From positions 1-25,830 of the IMG/VR virus record IMGVR_UViG_3300025375_000020: a stretch of DNA of 25,830 bases, one strand, 5' to 3'. This DNA is from a virus (taxonomy: Duplodnaviria > Caudoviricetes). The position numbers and the translations under genes were made by a program. How positions within the stretch are numbered: the first letter of the stretch is position 1; each line of letters opens with the position of its first letter. Below the pieces are notes generated by a model. The model ran no database searches, was not told the origin of the DNA, and saw only the letters and a list, made by a program, of their open reading frames with translations. This document shows, piece after piece, positions 24,779-25,830 of this stretch.

Positions 24779-25213
24779 TTAGAATTGTGGTTTTACACGA
24801 AGTTTGACAACATTAGCAGCAGTCTGTATAGTACCATCAGGGTAAGTAATTTCCACTTCACCCTCAATCACACCTGCAACGGACAATGAATTTGTCTTCC
24901 AATTTGCCATAATTCTTCCACCTTTACCGGGCATATTGAACGGTGGTGTTAAATTTACTACACCATTTGCATATTCAAATCCGGGAAGGTTGATACAAGT
25001 TATAGTATCGATAAGAGTATTGCTTCCAACTTTTCGTATTTTTAACAATACTGTTGATGTTGATACGTCAATAGGAGAGTCTGTTACAAGTCCTGTAGAA
25101 TAGTTGGTTGTTTCTTGTGCAAGATTTATGACCAAAGGTGGCTTAGTATCTCCTTGAACAACGGTTAATCCTAATCCTGAACTACTTTGTCCTAAGTCTG
25201 TTGTAATTTGCAT
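24779..25213 (-). CDS. BppU-N-like (baseplate upper/adaptor) domain protein
   Basis: VQGDT.P, PID.S...V.L, G......W....L..AG..EGEVEITYPDG..QT pattern. Confidence 0.6.
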   Translation of the reverse strand: MQITTDLGQSSSGLGLTVVQGDTKPPLVINLAQETTNYSTGLVTDSPIDVSTSTVLLKIRKVGSNTLIDTITCINLPGFEYANGVVNLTPPFNMPGKGGRIMANWKTNSLSVAGVIEGEVEITYPDGTIQTAANVVKLRVKPQF

Positions 25214-25214
25214 C

Positions 25215-25580
25215 TTATTGTCCTGATACTATGTATTGTGAAGTGATAACACCAACGCCGGGAGTAACATCAACAAGACCTTCTACAATTTTTGTTACAT
25301 TGCCATATGGGTCAAGTGCCATAATTTCATATACATATCGTCCAGCAACAAGAGAAGTAGTGGCTGTTGCAGTAAGACTTATTTTAACTTTACCATAAGT
25401 ATAATCTAATATTTCTACATCAAATGTCACGTAGCTAGTGCTACTATAAGACCTTGATAATCTTCCTTGTATCTCAATATCCGTAATATCAATTGGTTGC
25501 TTGTACTTATCAGTCAAATCAAAGATTTTTGTGAACGACGCACCTTGATTTACGAAAAGATTTGAATAGACGGTTGACAT
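25215..25580 (-). CDS. Conserved T4-like virion adaptor-type protein
   Basis: QGASF, PIDIT, G...ISLTA..T..L.AGRYVYEI and KIVEG...VTPGV pattern. Confidence 0.6.
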   Translation of the reverse strand: MSTVYSNLFVNQGASFTKIFDLTDKYKQPIDITDIEIQGRLSRSYSSTSYVTFDVEILDYTYGKVKISLTATATTSLVAGRYVYEIMALDPYGNVTKIVEGLVDVTPGVGVITSQYIVSGQ

Positions 25581-25604
25581 TGTATTCCCTGAATATGTTT
25601 ATTA

Positions 25605-25612
25605 TATTTATG
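25605..25612 (-). promoter_or_regulatory. Late promoter variant CATAAATA
   Basis: Intergenic, 24 nt upstream of the ATG at 25580. Confidence 0.55.
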
Positions 25613-25646
25613 CGTCAATGCAATCTATCCAAATCTTAGATGGATA

Positions 25647-25814
25647 TTACACTACTTCAGCCGTAGGTTCTTGTTGTGGAAGTTGTGCTTCTGCTTGTTG
25701 TTTGACTTTGGTAAATAGCCCAAGAGATTGCTCAAGTGGAAGTTTGCCGAGCCCATTCAAAATTCCATTAATGTCTTCAATTGTGAGCTTCAGTGTAATT
25801 TCTTTTTCGTTCAT
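25647..25814 (-). CDS. Small hypothetical helical protein (55 aa)
   Basis: Below the ORF-track cutoff; GAGGT RBS; MNEKEITLKLTIEDINGILNGLGKLPLEQSLGLFTKVKQQAEAQLPQQEPTAEVV*. Confidence 0.7.
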   Translation of the reverse strand: MNEKEITLKLTIEDINGILNGLGKLPLEQSLGLFTKVKQQAEAQLPQQEPTAEVV

Positions 25815-25830
25815 AATAATACCTCTTATG

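Noticed and set aside
1-25830. Alternative genetic code, tRNA or rRNA genes, and host assignment
   Set aside because: Conserved genes read full length in the standard code, intergenic gaps are too short or lack cloverleaf features, and nothing here identifies the host.

Overview
A 25.8-kb AT-rich segment of a T4-like myophage virion-morphogenesis region, with all credible genes on the minus strand. In transcription order: a cluster of fibre/spike-like structural genes (four paralogous modular fibre-like proteins, a tandem-repeat protein, BppU-like and tail-collar-like proteins), gp13, a free-standing GIY-YIG homing endonuclease, gp14, gp15, gp16 (terS), a His-rich putative internal head protein, gp17 (terL), gp18 sheath, gp19 tube, gp20 portal and a truncated gp67-like gene. 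The main finding is that terL is fractured into three genes that appear to be rejoined by two different atypically split inteins (Cys1/Thr+1 inside Walker A; Ser1/Cys+1 at the EFE|CEF site). A Vsr/EDxHD-like endonuclease gene overlaps both halves of the first intein, and the two intein pairs have opposite charge polarity. Family calls come from motif recognition by eye; no searches were run.
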